Shown in pieces: positions 20,039-29,956 of a stretch of DNA of 64,000 nucleotides. The stretch is from sequence record DRR378314_1742; one strand, given 5' to 3'. Position numbers and translations under genes: made by a program. Under the pieces are notes generated by a model. That model saw nothing but the letters and a program-made list of their open reading frames with translations. It was not told the origin of the DNA and ran no database searches. Position 1 is the stretch's first letter. Each line of letters begins with the position of its first letter.

Positions 20039-21265
20039 CTAATTGACGAGGAAGATTTCGGTTCTGCGGTTTTTCGCCTCATCGCTCGGCATGGCTTCAC
20101 GCGTCAATGGCATCAGATCACTCTTGGATTCAACCGCAATATTCTCTGAAGGAATACCAAGATTGATCAAGGCTTTGACCACCGTCGTCGCCCGCTCCTG
20201 AGACATCCGAAGATTGACAAGCTTATGCCGATCCAGCGGCAATTCCCGCGTCCGGCTGGATGCATGACCGACAACTTTTACATAGCCGCCCTGCTGACCA
20301 AACTGCCGGGCAATGCCTTTTAGCTTGTTCATGTCACCTGCGCCAATCCGCGAAGAACCGACTTCAAAGCGGATGGTCGCTGCGGGTTCACCATATGGCG
20401 ACATACTAGCGGCCGCGCCAGCCGTGGCGCCGCCGCCGGAAGTATTGCCATATCCAAGGGCGACAGGCTGATTATATGTATCCTGAACAATTGGCGATAC
20501 GGACACGGCAGAATTGTTCATTGGTTGAACCGGATAGGATTGGAACTGGGTATTGGCTGGCAGGGTTGTCGTGGTTGCAGCCGACGCCGCCAACTGGCGC
20601 TGATAGACATCATCAACACCGCTGCCGCTAATCACAACCGTGTTGCCCCCTGGCACCCGTTGGGCATAGGCATCTTGTGGCGTTGTAACGGGCGCCGCAT
20701 TGGGCATCAACTTCACGCCGCTTTGCGATGTTTGCGTGGGTGTAGCCACTGTTGGGGCCGCACCACCGGATACAGGTTTTGGCGCGCTTAAAGGTGCGGC
20801 AGCAACCGGTGCCACTTTGGCTGGACTTGTCGCTGGGCCTGTCACCGATCCACTATTTGCAGAAGCTTCATTGGCAGTTGGCGCGGGTGCTGGCGCGGGT
20901 GCCGCAACCGGTTTTGGCTTTGGCAACGGCTGAATGGCTGTATCTGCCCGCAATTTCTGATCGGTATATTCTGCTTTTTCCTTATCCGATTTCAGACCTT
21001 TCTCAATGCTCTCCGCATCCTTGATGGAAATGGTTTTACCCGGAACAGGGGGTGTATCGCCAAGCTTGGGAAATTCGCCTTCATCTTCAGACGCCTCTGG
21101 TGCTTCGGCCACATCCTCTTCGGTCTGTTCAATCTGCTGCGGTGCGTCGGCGGTATCATCAAACCAGTTTACCGGGTTCACCCAGTCTGGAGTTGAACAA
21201 CCGGCAAGTGCCAGAAAGCTGGCGGCGATCGCCATCCGGGACACACCACGCTTCAAAGTCTCCAT
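20039..21265 (-). CDS. Lipoprotein with Pro/Ala-rich linker and C-terminal OmpA-like domain
   Basis: Lipobox LAGC; NLRMSQERA and NRRTEI motifs. Start uncertain (ORF open to 21313). Confidence 0.85.
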   Translation of the reverse strand: METLKRGVSRMAIAASFLALAGCSTPDWVNPVNWFDDTADAPQQIEQTEEDVAEAPEASEDEGEFPKLGDTPPVPGKTISIKDAESIEKGLKSDKEKAEYTDQKLRADTAIQPLPKPKPVAAPAPAPAPTANEASANSGSVTGPATSPAKVAPVAAAPLSAPKPVSGGAAPTVATPTQTSQSGVKLMPNAAPVTTPQDAYAQRVPGGNTVVISGSGVDDVYQRQLAASAATTTTLPANTQFQSYPVQPMNNSAVSVSPIVQDTYNQPVALGYGNTSGGGATAGAAASMSPYGEPAATIRFEVGSSRIGAGDMNKLKGIARQFGQQGGYVKVVGHASSRTRELPLDRHKLVNLRMSQERATTVVKALINLGIPSENIAVESKSDLMPLTREAMPSDEAKNRRTEIFLVN

Positions 21266-21537
21266 CTCAAGTTCCAACGGTATAATTTTTGTTACAACCA
21301 TAACTGCCTGCACCTGCTTTGGTCTGTGGCTTCCATTTAACGGAGAAAAGACATTCCGGTAAAAATCCGCCGACGAAAAATAATAATCAATAACTTAAAG
21401 CACATAGGGGCCAATTCCGCAATATATTCAGCGCAATCTCATTAAAATGCCATATTTTTTCGCTTTTTTAATGCTTCGAGATTCGTGTCTGCTAAGGTAG
21501 TAGATATAGATAATCATAACGTCGGGTGAGGGACAAT

Positions 21538-23364
21538 ATGACCAAAACTACTGAAGACTTTCAACTCCCCACATTTCCTGAGAACAGTCAGGAATTCACT
21601 GACAACATGACCAAGCTCTCGGAAAAAAGTATGGAGCTGGTGAACGAGTTCTACGAACAACAGCAATCCATGGGGAAAGTCGAACTGGATCCGCTGAACG
21701 TTGGAAACGCGTTTTTAGAACTCACGCAGAAACTTTTGTCAGAACCTGAAAAACTGATCCAGGCGCAAACAGAGCTTTGGCAGGGATATATGAACCTGTG
21801 GCAAAACGCGGCTATGGCCGCCAGTGGCCAAAAAGCGGAACCGGTGATCGAGCCTGAAAAAGGCGACAAGCGTTTCAAATCTGAGGAATGGCATAAAAAT
21901 CAGATTTTTGACTTCATCAAACAGTCCTATTTGCTGACCGCAAAAAGCATCAATGATATGGTCGCTGATGTTGAGGGGATCGATGACTTCACTCATAAAA
22001 AAGTGGATTTCTACACCAAGCAATTTACGGATGCTCTGTCGCCCAGCAACTTTTTCTGGTCAAACCCGGATGTTCTGAAACGCACCTACGAGACCAAGGG
22101 TGAAAACCTTGTCAATGGCATGGAACATCTGATTGAGGATTTGCGCAATGGCCGCGGGCAGTTCAATCCCCGCATGGTTCCCGAAGGGGTCTTCAAGGTA
22201 GGGGAAAATGTCGCCGCGACCGAAGGAAAGGTCGTCTTTCAGAACGATCTGATGCAGCTCATCCAATATGCTCCAACGACTGAGGAAGTCTATAAAAGGC
22301 CGCTGCTCATTACGCCACCCTGGATCAACAAATTCTATATCCTCGACCTGAAGAAGGAAAATTCCTTTATCAAATGGTGTACCGATCAGGGGTACACGGT
22401 TTTTGTGATTTCCTGGGTCAACCCGGATGAACGTCACATCCACAAGACCTTTGAAAGCTACATGTCCGAGGGTATTCTGGCCGCACTGGACGCGATCGAG
22501 ACAACCACCGGCGAAAAAGAAGTAACGGCCATTGGGTATTGTATTGGCGGCACCCTGATGTCAGCCACCCTTGCCTATCTTGCAGCAATAGACGAAGACC
22601 GGATCAAGGCCTGCACCTTCTTTGCAACCCAAACGGATTTCGAGAATGCAGGTGATCTTCTGCTCTTTACCGATGAAGAACAGGTTCAGATGATTGAACG
22701 GAGGATGAAGGAATCCGGATATCTTGAAGGCAAGAATATGGCGACCACCTTTAACATGCTGCGCTCCAACGATCTGATCTGGTCCTTTGTCGTCAACAAC
22801 TACCTGATGGGCAAAGAGCCCTTCCCGTTCGATCTGTTGTTCTGGAATTGTGATACCACAAACATGCCGCCGCAGATGCACAGCTTCTATCTTCGGAACA
22901 TGTACCAGAAAAACCTGCTCAGTAAACCCGGTGGCTTGACCCTCGGCGGACAGCCCATTGATCTGTCAAAAGTGAAAACACCGATTTTCGTCCAGGCGAG
23001 CAAGGAAGATCACATCGCGCCCTATACCTCTGTCTATAAAGCCACTCAGTTAATGAGCGGCCCGGCAGAATTCGTTCTGGCAGGCTCGGGTCATATTGCC
23101 GGGGTGATCAACCATCCTGATGCCAACAAATATCAACACTGGACCAACAACTCCCGCAAGAGATATGACAAAGCGGAAGACTGGTTCGCCGATGCCAAGG
23201 AGCATCCGGGGTCCTGGTGGCCTCATTGGGATAAATGGCTGTCCAAAAAGTCTGGCAAAAAAGTCCCGGCACGGGATCCCGCCAAAGGGAAGCTAAAACC
23301 TATTGAAGATGCACCGGGATCTTATGTTAAGGTGAAGGCAAAGTCCGGAAATTCAAAAGCTTAA
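21538..23364 (+). CDS. phaC: Class I polyhydroxyalkanoate synthase
   Basis: PPWINKFYILDL, lipase box GYCIGG, EDHIAP, SGHIAG, GSWW. Confidence 0.98.
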   Translation: MTKTTEDFQLPTFPENSQEFTDNMTKLSEKSMELVNEFYEQQQSMGKVELDPLNVGNAFLELTQKLLSEPEKLIQAQTELWQGYMNLWQNAAMAASGQKAEPVIEPEKGDKRFKSEEWHKNQIFDFIKQSYLLTAKSINDMVADVEGIDDFTHKKVDFYTKQFTDALSPSNFFWSNPDVLKRTYETKGENLVNGMEHLIEDLRNGRGQFNPRMVPEGVFKVGENVAATEGKVVFQNDLMQLIQYAPTTEEVYKRPLLITPPWINKFYILDLKKENSFIKWCTDQGYTVFVISWVNPDERHIHKTFESYMSEGILAALDAIETTTGEKEVTAIGYCIGGTLMSATLAYLAAIDEDRIKACTFFATQTDFENAGDLLLFTDEEQVQMIERRMKESGYLEGKNMATTFNMLRSNDLIWSFVVNNYLMGKEPFPFDLLFWNCDTTNMPPQMHSFYLRNMYQKNLLSKPGGLTLGGQPIDLSKVKTPIFVQASKEDHIAPYTSVYKATQLMSGPAEFVLAGSGHIAGVINHPDANKYQHWTNNSRKRYDKAEDWFADAKEHPGSWWPHWDKWLSKKSGKKVPARDPAKGKLKPIEDAPGSYVKVKAKSGNSKA

Positions 23365-23370
23365 CAGCTT

Positions 23371-23892
23371 TTATTCGCCTGATTTATAAACTTGTGCCAA
23401 TTCGGCATAATGCTTGGCGCCGCTGGTCAAATTGGTGATTTCCTCATCACTCAGTTGGCGCAGGCATTTGGCCGGGGATCCGCCCCATAATTCACCGCGC
23501 GGAACCCTTTTGTTCGGTGTGACCAACGCGCCTGCTGCGACCATGGCACCGCCTTCTACAACGGCCCCATCCAATATGGTTGCGCCCATACCAACAAAGC
23601 TGCCATCTTCCAGGGTACAGCCATGCACCAGACAGTTATGGCCAACCAGTACATCATCACCGATCACGGTTGGATGGGTCCCGTTGGAGACATGGATCAC
23701 GGTGCCATCCTGAATATTGCTGCGCTTGCCAATGCGAATGTAATTCACATCACCGCGCACCACGCAGTTAAACCAAATGCTTGATTTGTCGCCAATGACC
23801 ACGTCCCCGATGACATCAGCAGACGGAGCGATGAACGCAGTTTCATCGATTGTTGGGGTTGTCCCTCGAAAAGTTCTGATATTGCTGCTCAT
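23371..23892 (-). CDS. Gamma carbonic anhydrase family protein
   Basis: Hexapeptide repeats, RGDVN, NIQDG, three conserved His. Confidence 0.95.
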   Translation of the reverse strand: MSSNIRTFRGTTPTIDETAFIAPSADVIGDVVIGDKSSIWFNCVVRGDVNYIRIGKRSNIQDGTVIHVSNGTHPTVIGDDVLVGHNCLVHGCTLEDGSFVGMGATILDGAVVEGGAMVAAGALVTPNKRVPRGELWGGSPAKCLRQLSDEEITNLTSGAKHYAELAQVYKSGE

Positions 23893-23933
23893 CTCTTGCT
23901 CCGTCTTTGATCCGGTTTTCTTAGTATTGGTAT

Positions 23934-24995
23934 TTAGGGGAACAGGGCGACCTGCTCAAGTCCCAGCGTTTCCGGCAAATCAAACATCAGGTTCATGTTT
24001 TGAACAGCCTGTCCGCTGGACCCTTTGACCAGATTGTCAATGGTTGCAATGACCGTCGCCCGGCCCGGGATCCGATCTTCAAACACATTCAGGACGCAAT
24101 GGTTTGATCCCCGGACCATCTGGGTTTGCGGCACACCGCCCTCCTCCAGAAGCCGGACAAATGGCTCATCCTTGAAACGGTTTGCAAATTCGGACCGAAG
24201 ATCCGAAACGCTCACACCATCGGCCAGGCGAACGTGACAGGTCACCAACTCACCCCGGCTCATGGGGATCAAATGGGGAATAAAATTTACCCGCATATCC
24301 GCCGCCTGCAGGCCTGCGGCCCGGGCAACTTCCTGCTCAATTTCCGGGGCATGCCGGTGTTTGGCAACGCTATAAGGGCTTAAGCCTTCGCCAGCCTCAC
24401 TGAATAGCGTGTTCTGTTTCAAGCCTCGACCGGCGCCTGTCAGGCCCGATTTTGCATCGACAATAAGATCTTTTGCGTCAATCAAACCGGCGGATACCAA
24501 GGGTAGCAGGGCGATCAATGTCGCGGTTGGATAGCATCCCGGGCAGGCCACCAACCGGGCCGATTTAATGTCGGTGCGATAAAATTCCGTCAGGCCGTAA
24601 ACCGCATTCTGTTGCAGGTCCATCGCCATATGGGCATGACCGTACCATTCCGCATAAGTCTTTGCATCACGGATCCGAAAATCAGCACTCAGGTCAACCA
24701 CCTTCACATCGGCTGGCAGGGTCGCAATGATTTCCTGGGTCGTGCCGTGGGGAAGACCGCAGAAGACCACATCAACAGATGACCAGTCGGCATCCTCAAC
24801 AGAGATCATATCCGGAAGACCGTAACCGCCCAGATGCGGATACACTTCTTCGACAGACTGCCCGGCTTTTCGGTCGGCGGTCAGCAGGGTTAATTCAACG
24901 GATGGGTGCCGTAGCAGAAGCCGCATGGCCTCCGCACCGGTATAGCCACTGGCACCCAGAATACCAGCTTTGATTTTTGTTTCTGTCTTACTCAT
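23934..24995 (-). CDS. argC: N-acetyl-gamma-glutamyl-phosphate reductase
   Basis: GASGYTG, DLSADFR, PGCYPT, DNLVKG. Confidence 0.98.
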   Translation of the reverse strand: MSKTETKIKAGILGASGYTGAEAMRLLLRHPSVELTLLTADRKAGQSVEEVYPHLGGYGLPDMISVEDADWSSVDVVFCGLPHGTTQEIIATLPADVKVVDLSADFRIRDAKTYAEWYGHAHMAMDLQQNAVYGLTEFYRTDIKSARLVACPGCYPTATLIALLPLVSAGLIDAKDLIVDAKSGLTGAGRGLKQNTLFSEAGEGLSPYSVAKHRHAPEIEQEVARAAGLQAADMRVNFIPHLIPMSRGELVTCHVRLADGVSVSDLRSEFANRFKDEPFVRLLEEGGVPQTQMVRGSNHCVLNVFEDRIPGRATVIATIDNLVKGSSGQAVQNMNLMFDLPETLGLEQVALFP

Positions 24996-25029
24996 TTTTC
25001 TTGGCTGCCTGGCGCGGCAGCTCCCTAGC

Positions 25030-25362
25030 CTATTTTGTCAGGTAAGATTTATGCTCGCCCCGCAATGTTTTGTCGGCGAACCAAATCAGCATATTCAGGT
25101 CAAATTCCTCGACCTCCTCCTCGCTCATTCGGAGGCGTCCTTTTTTTAGGCCTGACAAAATCATCTTCTGCGCTTTTCTCAGCAGGGCGTTGCGAATGGA
25201 ATTGCGAACTTCAAGCTGATCAGTCATTTCCGCGATCAGTTCCTCGGCCGAGAAACGATGCTCATAGCCTTTGATCTGAATGGTAAAGGATCCCTCTGCT
25301 TCCACGGGGATGTCCAGATCCGCTGCCTCAATGTCCTGCATATCCGTAATGGGATATTTCAT
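25030..25362 (-). CDS. Hypothetical protein (110 aa)
   Basis: Co-oriented ORF filling the gap between GNAT and argC; no family recognised. Confidence 0.7.
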   Translation of the reverse strand: MKYPITDMQDIEAADLDIPVEAEGSFTIQIKGYEHRFSAEELIAEMTDQLEVRNSIRNALLRKAQKMILSGLKKGRLRMSEEEVEEFDLNMLIWFADKTLRGEHKSYLTK

Positions 25363-25413
25363 AAATCCAATTCCATAAACGTGGTTATTTTTCAGCAGGT
25401 GTCTTACACCAAA

Positions 25414-25896
25414 TCAGGCCGGGCGCAAAGGCTTCTCATAATAGTATTCGGTTGTTTGGCTGAGATCCTGTAGCACGCGGGTCTCAGTCTTACCCATAAA
25501 CCCCCTTCTTTCATAGAGCTGATGGGCATTTTCAAATCGCGTATCTGTCCATAAAACAAGTTTCGAAGCCGCCTTTTTAGACGCCGCCTGATCGACCAGA
25601 TCACAAAGGTGAGAGGCGATACCCTGACGGCGGATCGAGGCGTCTATGTATAGGTGTTTTATTTCACAGACCCCTTTGTCATAGGTATATCCTATGGATC
25701 CAACAATTTCACCCGCCCGCACCGCAACCCAAAATTCGCCGCCCCGATGGGCAAAATATGTGGCAATATATCGAAGCTGTGGCTCCTCCCCATCCACATC
25801 GAGAATACAGCCCTCATAATCCGCATAGCATCGCTCAATCAAACGGATCAGCCCGTCAGCGTCGCTATCCACAGCGGGTCGATAGTCAATTGTCAT
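25414..25896 (-). CDS. GNAT family N-acetyltransferase
   Basis: LYIDASIRRQGIA acetyl-CoA motif, AHQLYERRGF. Confidence 0.9.
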   Translation of the reverse strand: MTIDYRPAVDSDADGLIRLIERCYADYEGCILDVDGEEPQLRYIATYFAHRGGEFWVAVRAGEIVGSIGYTYDKGVCEIKHLYIDASIRRQGIASHLCDLVDQAASKKAASKLVLWTDTRFENAHQLYERRGFMGKTETRVLQDLSQTTEYYYEKPLRPA

Positions 25897-26050
25897 AAGT
25901 TACCTTTCCACTGCCATGAGCAGGTCAAATCAGATCCCTGTTAGTCGGGCGGATGGCCTGCTTACCTGATTTATTTTGCTCTTGTCGATAGGTCTTTAAG
26001 CCGATACCGTTTAGCGACTTTTGCAACCGTGATAATTAAGGCGTCCCAAA

Positions 26051-26698
26051 ATGTTTCCTGATCTGGCAACAATCCTGTTGTTTATATCCTCTGCGTTCAT
26101 GCTGACCATCGCACCGGGACCAGACATTATTTATGTTGCCATGCGTGGCCTGGCCCAAGGCTGGAAAGCCGGGCTTGTTGCTGCTCTGGGCTTGATTACC
26201 GGGATTTTCGTCCATATTGGCCTGGCCGCTGTGGGGCTTTCGGCGGTGCTGGCCAGCTCCCCCGTTTTATTTGCCGCGGTGAAATATGCGGGTGCGGCCT
26301 ATCTTATTTATATCGGCTGGAAAATCTTTACCGCGCCGGCCGTCACCGTTCAGCGCGACGACATCACGCCGCCGCTTGGCCAGATTTACCGCCAGACAAT
26401 CCTGATGAATATCCTGAACCCGAAAGTCGCCCTGTTTTTCCTCGCCTTTCTGCCGCAATTTGTCAGTGCTGAAAGTGAACATGTCACCTTTGAGCTGGTC
26501 TTTTTCGGCATCCTGTTTCAGTTGACCGCACTGGTCATCATGGGCTCCGTCGGATTATTTGCCGGGGCCATCACCGCCCGCCTGAACCAAGGTGCATCGG
26601 GCAGCACCCGCCTGACAAAAACGGCGGGAACGGCGGTCATGGCGCTGGGCGCGTATATTCCGGCTCAGGATCTTTGGGCCTTCTGGGAACAAGCTTGA
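26051..26698 (+). CDS. LysE/RhtB family translocator
   Basis: PGPD, GAAYLIYIG, NPKVALFFLAFLPQF. Confidence 0.95.
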   Translation: MFPDLATILLFISSAFMLTIAPGPDIIYVAMRGLAQGWKAGLVAALGLITGIFVHIGLAAVGLSAVLASSPVLFAAVKYAGAAYLIYIGWKIFTAPAVTVQRDDITPPLGQIYRQTILMNILNPKVALFFLAFLPQFVSAESEHVTFELVFFGILFQLTALVIMGSVGLFAGAITARLNQGASGSTRLTKTAGTAVMALGAYIPAQDLWAFWEQA

Positions 26699-26715
26699 GC
26701 CATGGGCAGCACAGT

Positions 26716-27348
26716 ATGACAACCAAGAGGATCAACCTGCAGAACTGGGGCCGTCGGGACGCCTATCATCTGTTTCGGCAGGCTGATTTCCCGTTTCTAT
26801 CACTCACCACCGATATCGACGTCACCCCCCTGATGTCCGCCCGCCAAAGCACACCGCAACTGCCGCTGTTTAATTTTACCCTTTATTCGGTAATGCGCGC
26901 CGTTAATTCCATCCCGGAACTGCGCATGCGATTTGATGCGGATGGCGTTTTTGAGGTCGATCGAACCGACCCCTCCTTCACAGTTCCGATCAATGAAAAC
27001 GACTTTGCCTTTTGCGAAGTGACTTATGATCCAGACTGGACCCGTTTCAATCACTCCGCAGCAGAGCAGATTGAAGCTGCGAAAGCACAAACCCATCTTG
27101 AGGATAACACAAACTCGCTGACCTGGACTTATCTGTCCTGCATGCCGTGGGTGCACCTGACCGGCGCCATGCACCCGATGATGCATAAAGATGACTGCAT
27201 CCCAAGAATTGTCTGGGGAAAATATACCCAACGGGGAGATAGCTGGATTGTTTCACTGAATTTGCAGGCCCATCACGCGTTAGTCGATGGAAAACACGCC
27301 GCCGATTTCTTCGAAAGAACAGAGCAATTTCTGGCCCAGCTTCCGTAA
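26716..27348 (+). CDS. Type A chloramphenicol acetyltransferase-like protein
   Basis: NWGRRDAYHLF, AVNSIPELRMR, SCMPW, PRIVWGKY, active-site HHALVDGKH. Confidence 0.88.
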   Translation: MTTKRINLQNWGRRDAYHLFRQADFPFLSLTTDIDVTPLMSARQSTPQLPLFNFTLYSVMRAVNSIPELRMRFDADGVFEVDRTDPSFTVPINENDFAFCEVTYDPDWTRFNHSAAEQIEAAKAQTHLEDNTNSLTWTYLSCMPWVHLTGAMHPMMHKDDCIPRIVWGKYTQRGDSWIVSLNLQAHHALVDGKHAADFFERTEQFLAQLP

Positions 27349-27361
27349 CCGCTCCCCCCGA

Positions 27362-27895
27362 CTACCCGGAAAACCCAATCTGGCAGATGCGCCGCACCTC
27401 AACGGAGACGACCTTATCTTCTCTTGGATCGATTTGACGCTTCACTTTTTCAGTGATTGCCAGTGTGATCAGACGATTGGGCTGCCCATCATTATCCAAT
27501 GCTGGCAGGCAAACTGTATCTGCGGTAATTTCGAAACCGCTTTGGGTGGTGGCCGCAAGCTGCGTACATAATCCCCGGCAATTTTCCAGCAAATTTACAA
27601 GCATTCCGTGAATTTGCTGTTTTCCCTCCTCCGGCCAGAAATTAAAAAAATCAGAATGTGTGTAGTCCCAACCGAACTGTTCCGCCAGACCGGTTCCCAT
27701 GAGACGACAATACATCTGACCATCGTCCCGGAGTTCATAAATTGCCACTCCAGGCAACAGATGAGTAACGGCAGATGGATCGAAATCAGATTGTTTCGGC
27801 AGCTCCCCCTCCGATCTAAGACTGTCCCAATATAAGGCAAATTCACGCAGCCGATCATCAGGCCAGTCGATATCCCCCAACTCCTTCACGGACAT
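27362..27895 (-). CDS. Stand-alone PAS_5-like domain protein
   Basis: YWDSLR...LPKQSDFDP...LLP...RLMGT pattern; ATG at 27895 after GGGGAG. Confidence 0.8.
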   Translation of the reverse strand: MSVKELGDIDWPDDRLREFALYWDSLRSEGELPKQSDFDPSAVTHLLPGVAIYELRDDGQMYCRLMGTGLAEQFGWDYTHSDFFNFWPEEGKQQIHGMLVNLLENCRGLCTQLAATTQSGFEITADTVCLPALDNDGQPNRLITLAITEKVKRQIDPREDKVVSVEVRRICQIGFSG

Positions 27896-28642
27896 TACCT
27901 GCTCCCCCGCAGTCGATGTATCACCCGCCTTAAGAAAAGAAGGTGAAATTTGAGCGATTACACGGCACTTCACAAAACGCTCATCTTCAAAACACTACCG
28001 TAGATACCCATTTCGCTCCTCTAAAACAAGCAAAATACATAACATTTTAAGATAAATATTTTGAAACCGGAATATGAGGGTCAAGCGTGAATCAGTTTCA
28101 GATTTTACCCTCCGGCTGAACCGATTCCGTCTTTGGAATCACAAATGAACAAGCGATTCCAAAAACTTTGCATGGTTGAACTGTCTCATCAAATAGGAAG
28201 CGAGCACCCGCAGCTTACTTTCAAAATTCGATGAGTTTTTATGCAATCGCGTCGCGAACAGGTTTCAACTTGTTCGATTCGAACTTTCACCTGCCTGTAT
28301 TTCCGTTCAAATTACCCGTTTTCCCCGTAATATGATCAAAATGCGATTGAAGTGACGACGGTCCTTGCGACTGCCTGAAATTTACGCAGGCCTGCACGTC
28401 TTTTAATCAGGCCCAAAAATTAGCCATTTCTGAGCTGAAATCCTTGGTGTCATGTCCGCAAGATGGTCATTTTGAAATAAAATAAACTGTTTTCACACGA
28501 ACAATGATGGTGTTATCGTTTTTCAACGGGTGTCGCTTGGAGGCTAGGCCTAGAGGCGGTTGGGAGACTGTCATATCAATTTCGCAAATGTATGCTGTGG
28601 TCATCCATGACCAAGAAATGATCCAATAACAGGGAGTCACTA

Positions 28643-29803
28643 ATGACAAATCATATTGAGAAACCAGAAGTATCAACAACTAGTGGCGTCAGCCGCCGGA
28701 GCGTCGTCAAAGGCGCAGCGGCTGTCGGTGCGTTCACGGTTGCGGGCCCTGCCTATATCAAAAATGCACTTTCCTCTTCCGGAGAGATCAACATTCTGAT
28801 GTGGTCAGATTACCTGCCGCCAAAATTCATCTCAGATTTTGAAAAAGAAACCGGCATTAAAATCAACTATACCGGTATCGGCTCGAATGAAGAGATCATC
28901 AATAAGATGAAAGCCAACAAAGGTCAGGGCTTCGATATCGTTTCCCCAACCAACAACCAAGGTCTTGAATGGGGTCCACTGGAACTGCTTCAGCCGTTCG
29001 ACCTGAGCAAAGTGCCATTGGATAAAGTTAATCCAGCTATGTCTGCGATTGGTGACAAAGACTGGAACTTTGACAGCAAAGGTTCCCATTGGCTACCGCA
29101 TATTTGGGGAACAGAAGGTATTGCATGGCGGACAGATAAATGGGCACCAGCGGGTGCAGCACCAAGCTACGGTGATGTCTGGGACGAAGCGAACGCGGGT
29201 AAAACCATGGGTCGCCCCCACTCCATGATGCTGGGCGCAGGTCTTTATATGGAAACCATTGGCGAGCTTGAGCCGGGTGACATGTGGAAAGCCTATGAAA
29301 GCGAAGAGAAGATGCGCCCGATCTGGGAGAAAGTCACTGCCTGGTGTATTGGTCGCAAGAAAAACCTGAAACTGCTCTGGAATGATGCGGATACTCAGAA
29401 AAACGGTCTTCTGAATGAAGGTGTGATTGTGGGTCAAACCTGGGACGGCCCCCCACTCGCCCTGAAAACGGCGGGCGATCCGGTCATGTATCAAGCACCA
29501 AAAGAAGGTTCCATGGCATGGGTAGACGGAATGGCAATGCCAATCGGCGCCAAGAATACTGACCAGATTTACGAGTTCATCAAATTTGCCTATATGGCAG
29601 AGCATGCGGGTAAAGCCATTGATGATCATGGCTATAACTCACCTGTTCTGGGCGCTGACAAATTTGCCGGCGATGCGTACAAGAAGAACTTTGCGGATGC
29701 CTATCCAGGCGACTCTCTGGCGAACCTCAACCCATGGCCACCACAGGCACCATGGTATGCGGAAATTCGCACAGAATATGTCAACAAGTTCAAAAGCGCT
29801 TAA
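28643..29803 (+). CDS. ABC transporter substrate-binding protein (PotD/PotF-like) with Tat signal
   Basis: SRRSVVK twin-arginine motif, WSDY, TWDG, PKEG..WVD. Confidence 0.92.
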   Translation: MTNHIEKPEVSTTSGVSRRSVVKGAAAVGAFTVAGPAYIKNALSSSGEINILMWSDYLPPKFISDFEKETGIKINYTGIGSNEEIINKMKANKGQGFDIVSPTNNQGLEWGPLELLQPFDLSKVPLDKVNPAMSAIGDKDWNFDSKGSHWLPHIWGTEGIAWRTDKWAPAGAAPSYGDVWDEANAGKTMGRPHSMMLGAGLYMETIGELEPGDMWKAYESEEKMRPIWEKVTAWCIGRKKNLKLLWNDADTQKNGLLNEGVIVGQTWDGPPLALKTAGDPVMYQAPKEGSMAWVDGMAMPIGAKNTDQIYEFIKFAYMAEHAGKAIDDHGYNSPVLGADKFAGDAYKKNFADAYPGDSLANLNPWPPQAPWYAEIRTEYVNKFKSA

Positions 29804-29820
29804 CTGCTAGACTAAATACA

Positions 29821-29859
29821 GAACCCGGGCTCATACTGATAAGTCCGGGTTCAGTTTTT
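29821..29859 (+). terminator. Hairpin or partial terminator after the binding-protein gene
   Basis: GAACCCGGGCT...AGTCCGGGTTC then AGTTTTT. Confidence 0.65.
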
Positions 29860-29956
29860 ATGGCTCAGAACACATACTATCAAAAATCAGAGCGGCCCCA
29901 TTAAAGGGCGCCACCTGAAGAATATGCAAAAACAAAAGTAGGTTTTGGAGAACAGA

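Noticed and set aside
25918-25981. Imperfect stem in the GNAT-LysE spacer as a riboswitch
   Set aside because: Pairing is interrupted and matches no aptamer consensus I recognise.
28444-28460. sigma54 promoter for the ABC operon
   Set aside because: Only the GG-N10-GC skeleton matches; the flanking consensus bases are absent.
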